NCBI GenBank assembly: GCA_019056805.1
Contig: DXJG01000002.1
Span: 373,103-405,102 of the forward strand
DNA from: Candidatus Baldrarchaeota archaeon
GTDB taxonomy: Archaea > Asgardarchaeota > Baldrarchaeia > Baldrarchaeales > DXJG01
DNA: 32,000 bases
Direction: 5' to 3'
Under the pieces are notes generated by a model. The model saw only the letters and a program-made list of their open reading frames with translations, did no database searches and was not told the origin of the DNA. Below, in pieces: positions 7,740 to 17,285 of this stretch (positions are counted from its first letter, which is position 1; every line of letters starts with the position of its first letter). A program made the translations under genes and the position numbers.

Positions 7740-8996
7740 TTAATCCCAAGGTTTTCTATCTAATTCCATCTTCTCTAATTGCGTTAAAACATATTTTCGA
7801 GTTTCTTCTGGTTTAGGGAATTCTCGTATTATCTTTCCATTCCTAACAAGAGGCTTTAACATATTTTCCATGTTTTTTCCACATTTAGGACATTTTGGAG
7901 CAGGCTCATTTTCTAAGCGAACCACATCTATAAGACACTCAGAACATCTATACACTCTCTTAACACCGCTAAATTTTCCCCTCTTAGCACAAGGAACCCA
8001 TTTACCCTCATGATGAATGGCAACAATATCCATAGCAAAATCGATTATCCTAGCATTAGCTATCGAAGAACCAACACCAAATCCAGAAACACCAGCTTTA
8101 ACAAGTTCAGGAATCGTATCCTCATTAATACCGCCAGAAACAAAAACTTTTCCATCAAAACCTCTAGCTTTAAGTTCCCAAATAACTTCCCGAACGATAT
8201 CCGCAAATTTACCACGCCTAGAACTTGGAGTATCAAGTCTGAAACCCCATATTCTATCAGGTCCAACAGTTTTCACAGCTCTTATTGCCTCAGAAACCTC
8301 GTCCAAATAAGTATCACAAAGAATTATTCGAGGTACATCCTCAGGCATAATACGGTCAAAAGCTTTCCAAGCCTCACTATGATCACCTTTCAAAACAGAG
8401 TAAATAATCATTAAACTATGAGGCATCGTACCAACAGGCTTCATTCCCAAAAATCTTTCAGCCCCCAATACACAAGACACTGCATCGCAACCACCAATGT
8501 AAGCATAAAACGCATTAAACGGTGAGATTGCAGGATGCGTTCTCCGTGCACCAAAAGAAACAATCAACACATTATTTCCAGCAGCTTTTCTTATTCTAGC
8601 AGCTTTCGAAGCAATACCAGAACCAACACAGAGAAAACCAAGAAGAGGAGTCTCATAAATAACAAATTTACCATAAGGACCTCTGATAGTCATAACAGGC
8701 TCCTTAATGCCGTAATAATCAGTTTTATAAATTACTGATCCTTCCGGAAAAGCATCAATATCAACAGGGACACCTTCAAACAACTTTGCAACATCTCTTA
8801 ATCCCCCAAAAATGCCCCAAGGATAACCATGCGGCAAACCACTAATAGTAATTTCAGCATGAACCAAAGTATCCGCAAGATTCTCTTCTTCTAAGATCCT
8901 TAAAGTCCTGTAAAAATATATGTCAGTAGTCTTTCCTTCCTTAACATCCTCATGCTTCGCAAAAATAAATAAATAGTTATCATCCTTCCAATTCAT
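7740..8996 (-). CDS. pncB: Nicotinate phosphoribosyltransferase, archaeal type
   Basis: TTDIYF, SFGARRTHP, GTMPHSLM (phospho-His), LCDTY, FRLDTPSSRRG, VFVSGGI, GFGVGS and AKRGK motifs; C-terminal CxxC...CPKC zinc ribbon. Confidence 0.92.
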   Translation of the reverse strand: MNWKDDNYLFIFAKHEDVKEGKTTDIYFYRTLRILEEENLADTLVHAEITISGLPHGYPWGIFGGLRDVAKLFEGVPVDIDAFPEGSVIYKTDYYGIKEPVMTIRGPYGKFVIYETPLLGFLCVGSGIASKAARIRKAAGNNVLIVSFGARRTHPAISPFNAFYAYIGGCDAVSCVLGAERFLGMKPVGTMPHSLMIIYSVLKGDHSEAWKAFDRIMPEDVPRIILCDTYLDEVSEAIRAVKTVGPDRIWGFRLDTPSSRRGKFADIVREVIWELKARGFDGKVFVSGGINEDTIPELVKAGVSGFGVGSSIANARIIDFAMDIVAIHHEGKWVPCAKRGKFSGVKRVYRCSECLIDVVRLENEPAPKCPKCGKNMENMLKPLVRNGKIIREFPKPEETRKYVLTQLEKMELDRKPWD

Positions 8997-9121
8997 GTTA
9001 ACTGCCTCTCATCACTCACTTGCCACTTATCAAGACATTATCAAATACCTTATTAAAATGATTTCACTTAAAAGTAAAATGAAATCCAAGGGGTAGAGAC
9101 AGGATCTATGGAGGAAGAGCG

Positions 9122-9664
9122 ATGAAAAAGGTAATTCTGGTAATAGATATGTTGAATGATTTCATAAAAGAAGGAGCACCGCTAGAATTACCAGAAGGGA
9201 GAAAAATAATACCAAACATAAAGAAATTACTGGAAGAGGCAAGAAAGAAAAAAATACCAATAATATATATTTGTGATGCTCACCGTCCTGACGATACAGA
9301 ATTTAATCAATGGCCAAAGCACTGTGTTGAAGGTACATCTGGGGCAGAAATAGTGGAAGAACTAAAACCAGAAAAAACAGACATAATAATAAAAAAGAGA
9401 AGATATAGCGGATTCTACTCCACGGATCTAGATCTAACCCTCAGAGAACTAAAAATAGACACACTGATACTGACAGGAGTAGCAACAAACATTTGCGTAC
9501 TACATACTGCAGCTGACGCTTACTTTAGAGGTTACAAAATCGTGGTGGTTAAAGATTGCGTAGCAACATTAAACGAAGAGGCACAGAAAATAGGATTGGA
9601 GCACATAAAAAACGTATTGGGAGGAGAAATAAAAACACTAAACGAAACAATAAAAGAACTATAA
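9122..9664 (+). CDS. pncA: Cysteine hydrolase (isochorismatase family), probable nicotinamidase
   Basis: VIDMLNDF (Asp), DAH and WPKHCV (metal site), KKRRYSGF (Lys), GVATNICV (Cys). Divergent from pncB. RBS GGAGG upstream. Confidence 0.8.
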   Translation: MKKVILVIDMLNDFIKEGAPLELPEGRKIIPNIKKLLEEARKKKIPIIYICDAHRPDDTEFNQWPKHCVEGTSGAEIVEELKPEKTDIIIKKRRYSGFYSTDLDLTLRELKIDTLILTGVATNICVLHTAADAYFRGYKIVVVKDCVATLNEEAQKIGLEHIKNVLGGEIKTLNETIKEL

Positions 9665-9675
9665 GAGGGAGAAAA

Positions 9676-9825
9676 ATGAGTGAAAACGAAATACTTGAAT
9701 TAATAGAAAAAATAAAAGATGAACTAGACGACCTAACAATAAGATATCCACAAATAGAAGACGATGTAAGTGACATACTACTCTTAGTAGAAGAACTAGA
9801 AAGAAAAATCAAAGAAACACTATAA
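9676..9825 (+). CDS. Small acidic helical protein (49 aa), hypothetical
   Basis: ATG at 9676 with GAGGG upstream, 11 nt after the pncA stop. MSENEILELIEKIKDELDDLTIRYPQIEDDVSDILLLVEELERKIKETL has an amphipathic helix-turn-helix pattern and host-like codon usage. Confidence 0.6.
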   Translation: MSENEILELIEKIKDELDDLTIRYPQIEDDVSDILLLVEELERKIKETL

Positions 9826-9853
9826 CTAAAGCACATCTCTCGGAGGAAACATA

Positions 9854-11218
9854 ATGTACGAAGAAATTGAACACATATTCAGAGCATATGACATTAGAGG
9901 AATATACAACCAAGATCTAACACCTGAAACGGTAACAAGAATAGGAATAGCTTTCGGAACACTCTTAAATGGTGAAGGAACAATAGCAATGGGAAAAGAC
10001 GTGAGAACAAGTAGCACAGCAATAGAACAAGCCCTAACCGCAGGAATAACATCAACAGGGGCCAACGTAGAACTCCTAGGGACACTACCAATACAAGTAA
10101 CAAACTGGGCAACATGGCAGGGAAACTACAAAGCAGGAATCGTAATAACAGCAAGTCATAATCCACCAGAATATAATGGAATAAGATTCCGTCGCTGCGA
10201 CGGAACAGGATACATAGACATAGAAAATCAAGAAGTAAAGAAGATATTCTACCGAGGAAATTTTAAACTAGCAAAATGGAACAAAATAGGGAAAACAAAT
10301 CAAGTAGACACCGAAAATATAATCCAAAACTATGTAGAGTTTGCATTAAAACATGTACAACCAGAAAGAAAAATAAAAGTAGTTTTAGATCTCGGAAACG
10401 GAGCAGCAACCTACGTAGCACCAAAACTATTCAAAGAAGCAGGATGCGAAGTAATAACATTAAATGAAACACCTGATGGAACTTTTCCCGGAAGAACACC
10501 AGATCCACTAGAAGATCCATTGAATGATCTTAAAGAAACAGTTGTTCGTGAAAAAGCAGATTTAGGTGTAGCTTTTGATGGAGATGGAGACAGGGCAATC
10601 ATGGTAGATAACCTAGGAAGGAAAGTACAAACAGAGAAAGCAGGAATAATAATGGCAAAATACTTACTTCAAAAAAGAAAAGGGAAGATAGTTGCAAACA
10701 TATCATGTAGTATGATAATAGAAGAAGAACTAAGTAAAATAGGTGGAGAAGTAGTTAGATGCAGGGTAGGAGACGTATTTGTAGCAAAAGCAGCAAAAGA
10801 AAACAACGCAATATTTGGAGTAGAAATATCAGCCCACTACTTCCTACCAATCTTCGGATTTTACTTCGACGATGCAATACTAGCATCTCTACTAATGACA
10901 GAAATATTATCAAAAACTGAAAGAAAACTAAGCCAATTACTTGATGAAATACCCACATACCCAATAAAAAGAATAAATGTACCTTGTCCAGACAAAATAA
11001 AATTCAAAATAACAGAACAACTGAAAAAAGACCTTATAAAAGAAGGATACAAAGTCGATGCGACTGATGGAGTTAAAGTAATTTTCGAAGATGCATGGGT
11101 ACTAATAAGACCCTCAAATACAGAACCAAAAATAAGAATAACGGTGGAAGCCCGCACTGAAGACAAAGTAAATAATCTACTAAAGATTTACTCCAAGAAA
11201 ATAGAGAACATGATATAA
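9854..11218 (+). CDS. Phosphohexomutase (phosphomannomutase/phosphoglucomutase family)
   Basis: FRAYDIRG, ITASHNPPEYNG (phospho-Ser), AFDGDGDR (metal), GVEISAHY (sugar-binding loop), DGVK and IRPSNTEPKIRITVEA motifs. RBS GGAGG. Confidence 0.93.
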   Translation: MYEEIEHIFRAYDIRGIYNQDLTPETVTRIGIAFGTLLNGEGTIAMGKDVRTSSTAIEQALTAGITSTGANVELLGTLPIQVTNWATWQGNYKAGIVITASHNPPEYNGIRFRRCDGTGYIDIENQEVKKIFYRGNFKLAKWNKIGKTNQVDTENIIQNYVEFALKHVQPERKIKVVLDLGNGAATYVAPKLFKEAGCEVITLNETPDGTFPGRTPDPLEDPLNDLKETVVREKADLGVAFDGDGDRAIMVDNLGRKVQTEKAGIIMAKYLLQKRKGKIVANISCSMIIEEELSKIGGEVVRCRVGDVFVAKAAKENNAIFGVEISAHYFLPIFGFYFDDAILASLLMTEILSKTERKLSQLLDEIPTYPIKRINVPCPDKIKFKITEQLKKDLIKEGYKVDATDGVKVIFEDAWVLIRPSNTEPKIRITVEARTEDKVNNLLKIYSKKIENMI

Positions 11219-11687
11219 CCAAAGGGAAAATCTCAAACCAAAATAGATAGCTAAAACGTTCAAAGTTCAAGTAAGTGTTAAATTTTAATATTCTATAATC
11301 TTTTCAATTTACTGTTCAAAAATAAGTTTTATATTTCTTTTTCCTAGAATATTCAGAGATATTTATGTTTTCGAATAATCGGTTTTCATGGGAATCTATC
11401 ACCATAGCAATATTGTATTTTAAGCCTGTTCGGATTTTGATTAACATTTTCCTATAAACCGAGAGATTTAACTCTTCTTAATAATTTCCTAACATACTTG
11501 TGTGAAAGCATTGAACATACAGACTAGAATTCCTAAATTATATAGCCGTTATTCAAATTAAATAAAATCAAGCATTTATAAGCAAAAATTTGGCATGTGC
11601 ACTCAACGTAAACTTTTTAAGTAAGAACATAAGGAAATACATGATAACAGAATATTTGTGGGAGAAGGAGAGTGTAAACACTTGAGA

Positions 11688-13640
11688 ATGTCACATAAAA
11701 TAGCATCACTTATACTATTAGTTTTAATAGTAGCAGCCTTTCTAAACTTCTCACCGCCAGCAACCGCCCAAGAAGGAGAAGCATTGGTCTTTCGATACGC
11801 AATGTTAGATGATATGGACACAACAAACTTCCTACATGGAGATACAACTTGGGACTGGGATGTATACGGAGTAGTTCTAGACGGCTGCTTTGCAAGAAAC
11901 TGGACAAACTGGCCAGAGCTAATACCCTGGATAGGAAGCTGGACAATTGAAAATATAACAGTTCCAGACGGTTGGAGAATGAAAATAACAGTGAAACTAA
12001 GAGAAGGAGTTCTATTCCACGACGGAACAGAACTTACCGCAGAAGATTGTGTATTCTTCCTAAACATGACCCTAACACTAGACATCGCATTATATGCTCC
12101 TGCATTCTACAGAATCGAAAGAGTATACACCATTGACAAATACACCTTTGCACTTGAAACATACACAAACACCTCAGACGCATGGGTACTACCGGCAATA
12201 CCCGGATTACTCTATCCAAAATGGGTATGGAAAGTAAGATTCGACCTAGACTGGGACAAACTAGCATACTTCAAAGAACACCCCGATGAAGCAGCAGAGT
12301 TCCTCGAAACAGTATTATTCCCATGGGAACCAGCAGAAGAATATATCGACGAATACCTACCCGAAGGTGCCCAAAACATAACAACGTATACCGATCCGGT
12401 AACAGGAGAAACCTTCAGACTAACATTCCTATTCGGAACAGGACCATTCATATTCAAGAAGAGAATACCTGGAGCATACATTGAATTAATTAGAAACCCC
12501 AACTACTGGGCTGAGAAATACCTAGCAGAAATAGGAGCTGTACCAGAAGGTACAAAAGTACCAAAGATAGACAAACTAATCTACTCAATTATAACAAACC
12601 CAGATGCACAACTACTAGCACTAAAGAAGGGAGAAATCGACTACATGGGCTGGTACGTACCACCAGCATCAATAGAAGCAGTAAAAGCACTGCCAGACGT
12701 TGAAGTAGTAATAGCACCAGCATACAACATGTACTACTTCTCATGGAACATGAGATTCAGACCCTTCAGTGACTACTGGTTCAGAAAAGCCTTTGCACAC
12801 TGTGTAAACCAAACAGAAATCGTTGAAAAACTACTACTAGGCTACGGATATCCACTAGATGCACCACTACCAAAAGAAGTCTACAGCTACTGGTATAACG
12901 AGGAATACGTCGTTAAATATGAATTTGACATAGAAAAAGCAAAAGAAATACTAGATGCCCACGGATTCGTAGACACAGATGGTGACGGTATTAGAAACGA
13001 CCCAGAAACCGGAGAAAACTTAGAGTTTGAATTAATGACACCAAGCTACGACCCAATAAGAGTTAGAGCCGGAGAAATGATCGCTGCATGGGCTGCAAAA
13101 GCTGGAATAAAAGTTATCGCAAAACCAACAGACTTCAGCACAATCGTAGACAGAGTATTCTATACAGGAAACTTTGAAGCATGGATCCTAGGTTGGGGTC
13201 TTGGCGTAGACCCAGACTTCTTGTACTACTTCTTCCATAGTGCCTTTACTGAATTCCCATGGGCATGGAACCCAGAAGGCTTCGTAAACTCAACCTTTGA
13301 CATGTACGCAGACAGATTCATGCAGGAAATGGACCCAGAAAAGAACAGACAGGAAAATGTATGGCCAATGCTAGAAATATTAACAGACGCACTACCGTAC
13401 ATTCCACTATACTCAAGAGCAGCAGCTGATGGTATAAGAGCCGAATGGAAAGACTACGTAGTTGCCACTGGCGGAATACTACTATGGTACAGCTATCACT
13501 TCATGTACAAGAAAGCTGCACCACCAAAGCCAACATTACCATACAGTGCAATATTTGGTGGAATTGCGGCTTCATGGATATTCTTCATAGCTGTTGCAGC
13601 AGTATTTGCAAGATGGATTAGAAAAGTCGGCGCAACATAA
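11688..13640 (+). CDS. oppA: Peptide ABC transporter substrate-binding protein (family 5, OppA/DppA) with signal peptide and C-terminal membrane anchor
   Basis: N-terminal hydrophobic signal; LREGVLFHDGTELTAEDCVF, GTGPF, IELIRNPNYW, LKKGEID and FRKAFAHCVN motifs; C-terminal TM helix; several N-x-S/T sequons. The start is uncertain (11658, 11682 or 11688). Confidence 0.92.
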   Translation: MSHKIASLILLVLIVAAFLNFSPPATAQEGEALVFRYAMLDDMDTTNFLHGDTTWDWDVYGVVLDGCFARNWTNWPELIPWIGSWTIENITVPDGWRMKITVKLREGVLFHDGTELTAEDCVFFLNMTLTLDIALYAPAFYRIERVYTIDKYTFALETYTNTSDAWVLPAIPGLLYPKWVWKVRFDLDWDKLAYFKEHPDEAAEFLETVLFPWEPAEEYIDEYLPEGAQNITTYTDPVTGETFRLTFLFGTGPFIFKKRIPGAYIELIRNPNYWAEKYLAEIGAVPEGTKVPKIDKLIYSIITNPDAQLLALKKGEIDYMGWYVPPASIEAVKALPDVEVVIAPAYNMYYFSWNMRFRPFSDYWFRKAFAHCVNQTEIVEKLLLGYGYPLDAPLPKEVYSYWYNEEYVVKYEFDIEKAKEILDAHGFVDTDGDGIRNDPETGENLEFELMTPSYDPIRVRAGEMIAAWAAKAGIKVIAKPTDFSTIVDRVFYTGNFEAWILGWGLGVDPDFLYYFFHSAFTEFPWAWNPEGFVNSTFDMYADRFMQEMDPEKNRQENVWPMLEILTDALPYIPLYSRAAADGIRAEWKDYVVATGGILLWYSYHFMYKKAAPPKPTLPYSAIFGGIAASWIFFIAVAAVFARWIRKVGAT

Positions 13641-13655
13641 ACTCTAACTTCACAC

Positions 13656-13676
13656 TTTATTTTATTTTATATTTTT
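13656..13676 (+). terminator. T-rich archaeal terminator-like tract after oppA
   Basis: TTTATTTTATTTTATATTTTT, 16 nt after the stop codon. Confidence 0.45.
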
Positions 13677-13703
13677 AACCTTATTTAACCGAGGAATATT
13701 AAT

Positions 13704-14222
13704 ATGAGTTTTCACACAGAAAGATACCCTCAGAGAAAAGAGTATACAATACTAAGTTCTATAAGTGTAATTTTTATGATTTTTATCCTAATCGTAGCTT
13801 TTTTCTACCAGTTGATTGTAGTGCTTCTTTTTTCTTCCCTTTTAATTTTTACATTAGTTAGTGGTATTTTTACATATCGTTTTTTCAATTTTCTCAAAAT
13901 TAAAGAAGAACTTGCTAGAGTCGGAAAAGTTTCCGAAAAAATATCAGAAGAAGAAAAAAGAATGAAAGTTTTAAAAGCTCGCTTTTTCTTTTTTCTTCTT
14001 CTCTCAACGCCACTAGTAATGATGCTTTTTCTCGACCCAATCACATGGACAAGCCTTGTGGTAGGATTGATGGGTGGAGTAAGCTTAGGAAACCTTTCTT
14101 TTTCACTTTATGTACGTGCTTGGGAGCATCGAAATAATCTTACTTTATACAGATATGTTCAAGATGTAGGCAAAGGGTTAATAGAACAAGGAATTATTGC
14201 TTACCGCAAACGAAAGAAATAA
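13704..14222 (+). CDS. Hypothetical membrane protein (about 4 TM helices)
   Basis: 172-aa ORF with two hydrophobic hairpins separated by a charged loop, and a basic C-terminus. Confidence 0.7.
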   Translation: MSFHTERYPQRKEYTILSSISVIFMIFILIVAFFYQLIVVLLFSSLLIFTLVSGIFTYRFFNFLKIKEELARVGKVSEKISEEEKRMKVLKARFFFFLLLSTPLVMMLFLDPITWTSLVVGLMGGVSLGNLSFSLYVRAWEHRNNLTLYRYVQDVGKGLIEQGIIAYRKRKK

Positions 14223-14269
14223 ATACACTGGCTATTTTTAAAACCCTAGATATTCTGGATGGAGAAAGA

Positions 14270-14806
14270 ATGAGATCAAAACTATTTAGTATTCTAATGA
14301 TCTTAGTATTGTTAAGTGTCTCGGTCACTTTCTATCTTTACTACGTTATGGTATCATTTTGGGTTATCAATTTTAAGACAGCTGCGTATTTTGAAGTGGA
14401 AGTTATAAGCTTTGAGGTTGTATCTGCTGATAACGGTACAATAGCTGTGGATATAAAACTATACAACCCAGGCAAGCTACCCGTAGAAATATACATGATA
14501 CAATATCGAGTATATGTTAGCAAAGACAGTTATGCAACTTTCCTTTCTCCACCCTATATTGTATACTATAAAGACCCTTTACAAATTAAACCTAATGAAA
14601 CTCTAATCTATCAAACAATATACAGAACGGATTATATTGAAGTACTACAGTCGGCTGTTAAAAGCAAAGAAATGGCATGGCTAGTTGCAGGTGAAGTACA
14701 CATCTCTCTTCCTCTATATCCTGGTATAATAGTATCATTTTACAAATTAAACGGAACAATGGAATACCTACCAGTAGGATCACCATCCTCAGGCTTCAAT
14801 CCATAA
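14270..14806 (+). CDS. Membrane-anchored extracellular beta-sandwich protein, LEA_2/WHy-like
   Basis: N-terminal TM helix, then VDIKLYNPGKLPVEIYMIQYRVYV and PLQIKPNET, resembling the LEA_2/WHy pattern. Sequons NGT, NET, NGT. RBS GGAG. Confidence 0.6.
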   Translation: MRSKLFSILMILVLLSVSVTFYLYYVMVSFWVINFKTAAYFEVEVISFEVVSADNGTIAVDIKLYNPGKLPVEIYMIQYRVYVSKDSYATFLSPPYIVYYKDPLQIKPNETLIYQTIYRTDYIEVLQSAVKSKEMAWLVAGEVHISLPLYPGIIVSFYKLNGTMEYLPVGSPSSGFNP

Positions 14807-14832
14807 ATTTCCGTATATCTAGGTGACGCAAT

Positions 14833-15231
14833 GTGAAAAACGAAAAATTCGTAAATATTTTAAAAGATTTATCAGTTCTCATCCTAGCGAACAACATCAT
14901 TGTTGTCTCAAGTTTAGCAAGGATAATTTACCACTTTAGTAATTATGCACTTATATATATTCTCACTTTTCTCAGCGGAGTTATTCTAGGTCTTGTAGCA
15001 AGAGATATCAAACGAACTTTCCTATATAGTTTAGTAGTAACAACCTGTTCTTCTCTAATTCTTTGGATAACTCTTAACCTTCCTGTTTTTCTAAATGTGG
15101 TAACAGGTGAATCGCTAGTAATAGCGTATATCATTGGAAGAACATCGCAAGTAATTATTACCTTCCTTATAACATTAATTTTAATAGTTTCTTCCAGTCT
15201 ATTTACGGTAATGATTCTAGGTGAAAAATAA
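14833..15231 (+). CDS. Hypothetical membrane protein (about 4 TM helices)
   Basis: 132-aa, almost entirely hydrophobic ORF; RBS AGGTGA; GTG start. Confidence 0.7.
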   Translation: MKNEKFVNILKDLSVLILANNIIVVSSLARIIYHFSNYALIYILTFLSGVILGLVARDIKRTFLYSLVVTTCSSLILWITLNLPVFLNVVTGESLVIAYIIGRTSQVIITFLITLILIVSSSLFTVMILGEK

Positions 15232-15302
15232 TTGTCAAAACCTTGCCCCTTTGAAAATATTTAAAAGATACTATAAATAACGTGTAAAAGAGGTGGCAAA
15301 AC

Positions 15303-16283
15303 TTGGGTATGAGAGAATACCTCATTAAAAGAATCATCCAAGGAATAGTAACAATATTCGTAGTAATATCGATAAACTTCTTCCTATTCAGAGCAATGCC
15401 AGGAAACCCCTTCATGAGATTCATAGAAAGCCAACCACGTGGCAAAGTCAAAGAAATGGTCGACATATACATAAAACTATTCGGACTAGACAAGCCACTA
15501 TGGGAACAATACCTAATATACATCAAAAACCTACTCATGGGGAAATTCGGCTACTCCTTCCGTCAAGTAGGTGTTCCGGTGTCTAAAATAATCATGGAAA
15601 GACTACCAAACACACTTATACTAATGGGAACAGCAACCACGCTCACAATAATAATTGGTATTGCCTTTGGTGTCATTGCAGCTGGAAGAAGAGGAGAACT
15701 AGCGGACATATCAACCGTAGTAGTAGGACTAACTCTATATTCGATACCAATCTTCTGGCTAGGCCTTGTATTTATACTAGTGTTCGGCTTCTGGCTCGGC
15801 TGGTTCCCACTATGGGGAATGATAACTCCAGGAAAATACTTCTCAAACCCATTTGAATACGCAGTAGACTATCTATGGCACATGACCATGCCATGCACAG
15901 TTCTAGTTTTAGTAAGTGCTGGCGGTTGGGCTTTAATCACAAGAAACGCTCTTCTCGACGTCTTTACAGAAGATTACATATTGACAGCAAAAGCAAAAGG
16001 ATTAGATGAAAGAACAGTATTTTACAAACACGCACTACGAAATGCTATGCTACCCCTAGTAACAATGATAGCCTTAAGCTTTGGTTTCATAGCAAGCGGA
16101 GCAGTACTAACAGAAACAGTATTCTCATGGTACGGAATAGGAAGACTACTTTATGAAGGAACAATGCAACACGACTACCCAGTAGTCCAAGCGGCATTCT
16201 TCATGATCGCAATATGTGTAATAGCAGCAAACATAATCGCAGACATACTATACGCGTACCTAGACCCCAGAGTAAAGTACTAA
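15303..16283 (+). CDS. oppB: Peptide ABC transporter permease
   Basis: FGLDKPLWEQY, RLPNTL, EAA loop EDYILTAKAKGL, KHALRNA, TETVFSWYGIG and DPRVKY motifs. Confidence 0.95.
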   Translation: MGMREYLIKRIIQGIVTIFVVISINFFLFRAMPGNPFMRFIESQPRGKVKEMVDIYIKLFGLDKPLWEQYLIYIKNLLMGKFGYSFRQVGVPVSKIIMERLPNTLILMGTATTLTIIIGIAFGVIAAGRRGELADISTVVVGLTLYSIPIFWLGLVFILVFGFWLGWFPLWGMITPGKYFSNPFEYAVDYLWHMTMPCTVLVLVSAGGWALITRNALLDVFTEDYILTAKAKGLDERTVFYKHALRNAMLPLVTMIALSFGFIASGAVLTETVFSWYGIGRLLYEGTMQHDYPVVQAAFFMIAICVIAANIIADILYAYLDPRVKY

Positions 16284-16370
16284 CAGCCGCAAATTAAACC
16301 ATTTACAAATATTTCCTTAATTCAAAACTTATAAGTTCAATTTCAAGTTTATGATAAGGAGGTATATGAA

Positions 16371-17261
16371 ATGTCAGATGATGATGTTGAAATGGCACCA
16401 TGGAAAAGGAAAGTAAAAGGTTTTTGGGAAGCATTCAAAAGAAGTAAACTTGGAATGACAGGGCTAATATTACTATTAATCTTTCTCATAATAGCAATTG
16501 CAGCTCCCATTATTGCTCCTTACCCAGTGTATGGGCCAGAATCAAGAGTAGGAATACCCTTTGAGCCTCCAAGCAACGAACACTGGCTTGGATGCGACGA
16601 ATTAGGAAAAGACATTTTCAGCCAATTACTATGGGGAACCAGAGTATCCTTATTCGTAGGCTTTTTAGCAGCATTAATGGCCACTTTCATAGGCTTAATA
16701 ATCGGAATAGTCTCAGGATACTTCGGCGGTGTTATAGATGACTTACTTATGAGAATTACAGACATAATACTTGTCATACCAGGCTTACCTTTCATGATTA
16801 TATTGGCAGCAGTACTTGGACCAAGCATCATAAACATCGTATTCGTTATAGGAATCCTCGGCTGGACAGGAACTGCAAGGCTGATAAGATCGCAAGTACT
16901 CTCCCTTAAAGAACGTCCATTTGTAGAAGCTGCAAGAGCAGCAGGCGCAAGCGACGCGCATATAATGTTTAAACATATAATGCCCAATGTAATGCCACTA
17001 GCATTTGCACAAATGATTCTCGGAGTTTCTGGAGCAGTACTATCCGAAGCAGGTCTAAGTTTCTTGGGACTTGGTGATCCAACACACATAAGCTGGGGAA
17101 TGATGTTACATTACGCTTACGAATTCGGTGCACTACACATAGGAGCATGGTGGTACGTGATACCCCCAGGAATACTAATAACTGCTGTCGTGGTAGCATT
17201 TACATTCATGGGATACGCATTCGATGAGATATTAAATCCAAAATACAGGAGGAGAAGATAA
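16371..17261 (+). CDS. oppC: Peptide ABC transporter permease
   Basis: HWLGCDELGKDIFSQ, GTRVSL, EAA loop FVEAARAAGAS, KHIMPN, EAGLSFLGLG, SWGMML and DEILNP motifs. Confidence 0.95.
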   Translation: MSDDDVEMAPWKRKVKGFWEAFKRSKLGMTGLILLLIFLIIAIAAPIIAPYPVYGPESRVGIPFEPPSNEHWLGCDELGKDIFSQLLWGTRVSLFVGFLAALMATFIGLIIGIVSGYFGGVIDDLLMRITDIILVIPGLPFMIILAAVLGPSIINIVFVIGILGWTGTARLIRSQVLSLKERPFVEAARAAGASDAHIMFKHIMPNVMPLAFAQMILGVSGAVLSEAGLSFLGLGDPTHISWGMMLHYAYEFGALHIGAWWYVIPPGILITAVVVAFTFMGYAFDEILNPKYRRRR

Positions 17262-17285
17262 CAACAAGAGATGGAGGTATGTATA

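Noticed and set aside
11219-11657. 440-bp AT-rich gap before oppA; checked for an sRNA or small ORF (a 43-codon minus-strand ORF is present)
   Set aside because: No RBS-supported or recognisable product and no convincing structure or C/D boxes; most simply a promoter region.
12975-13001. DTDGDGIRN EF-hand-like loop in OppA
   Set aside because: A common feature of archaeal and bacterial family 5 binding proteins; not distinctive.
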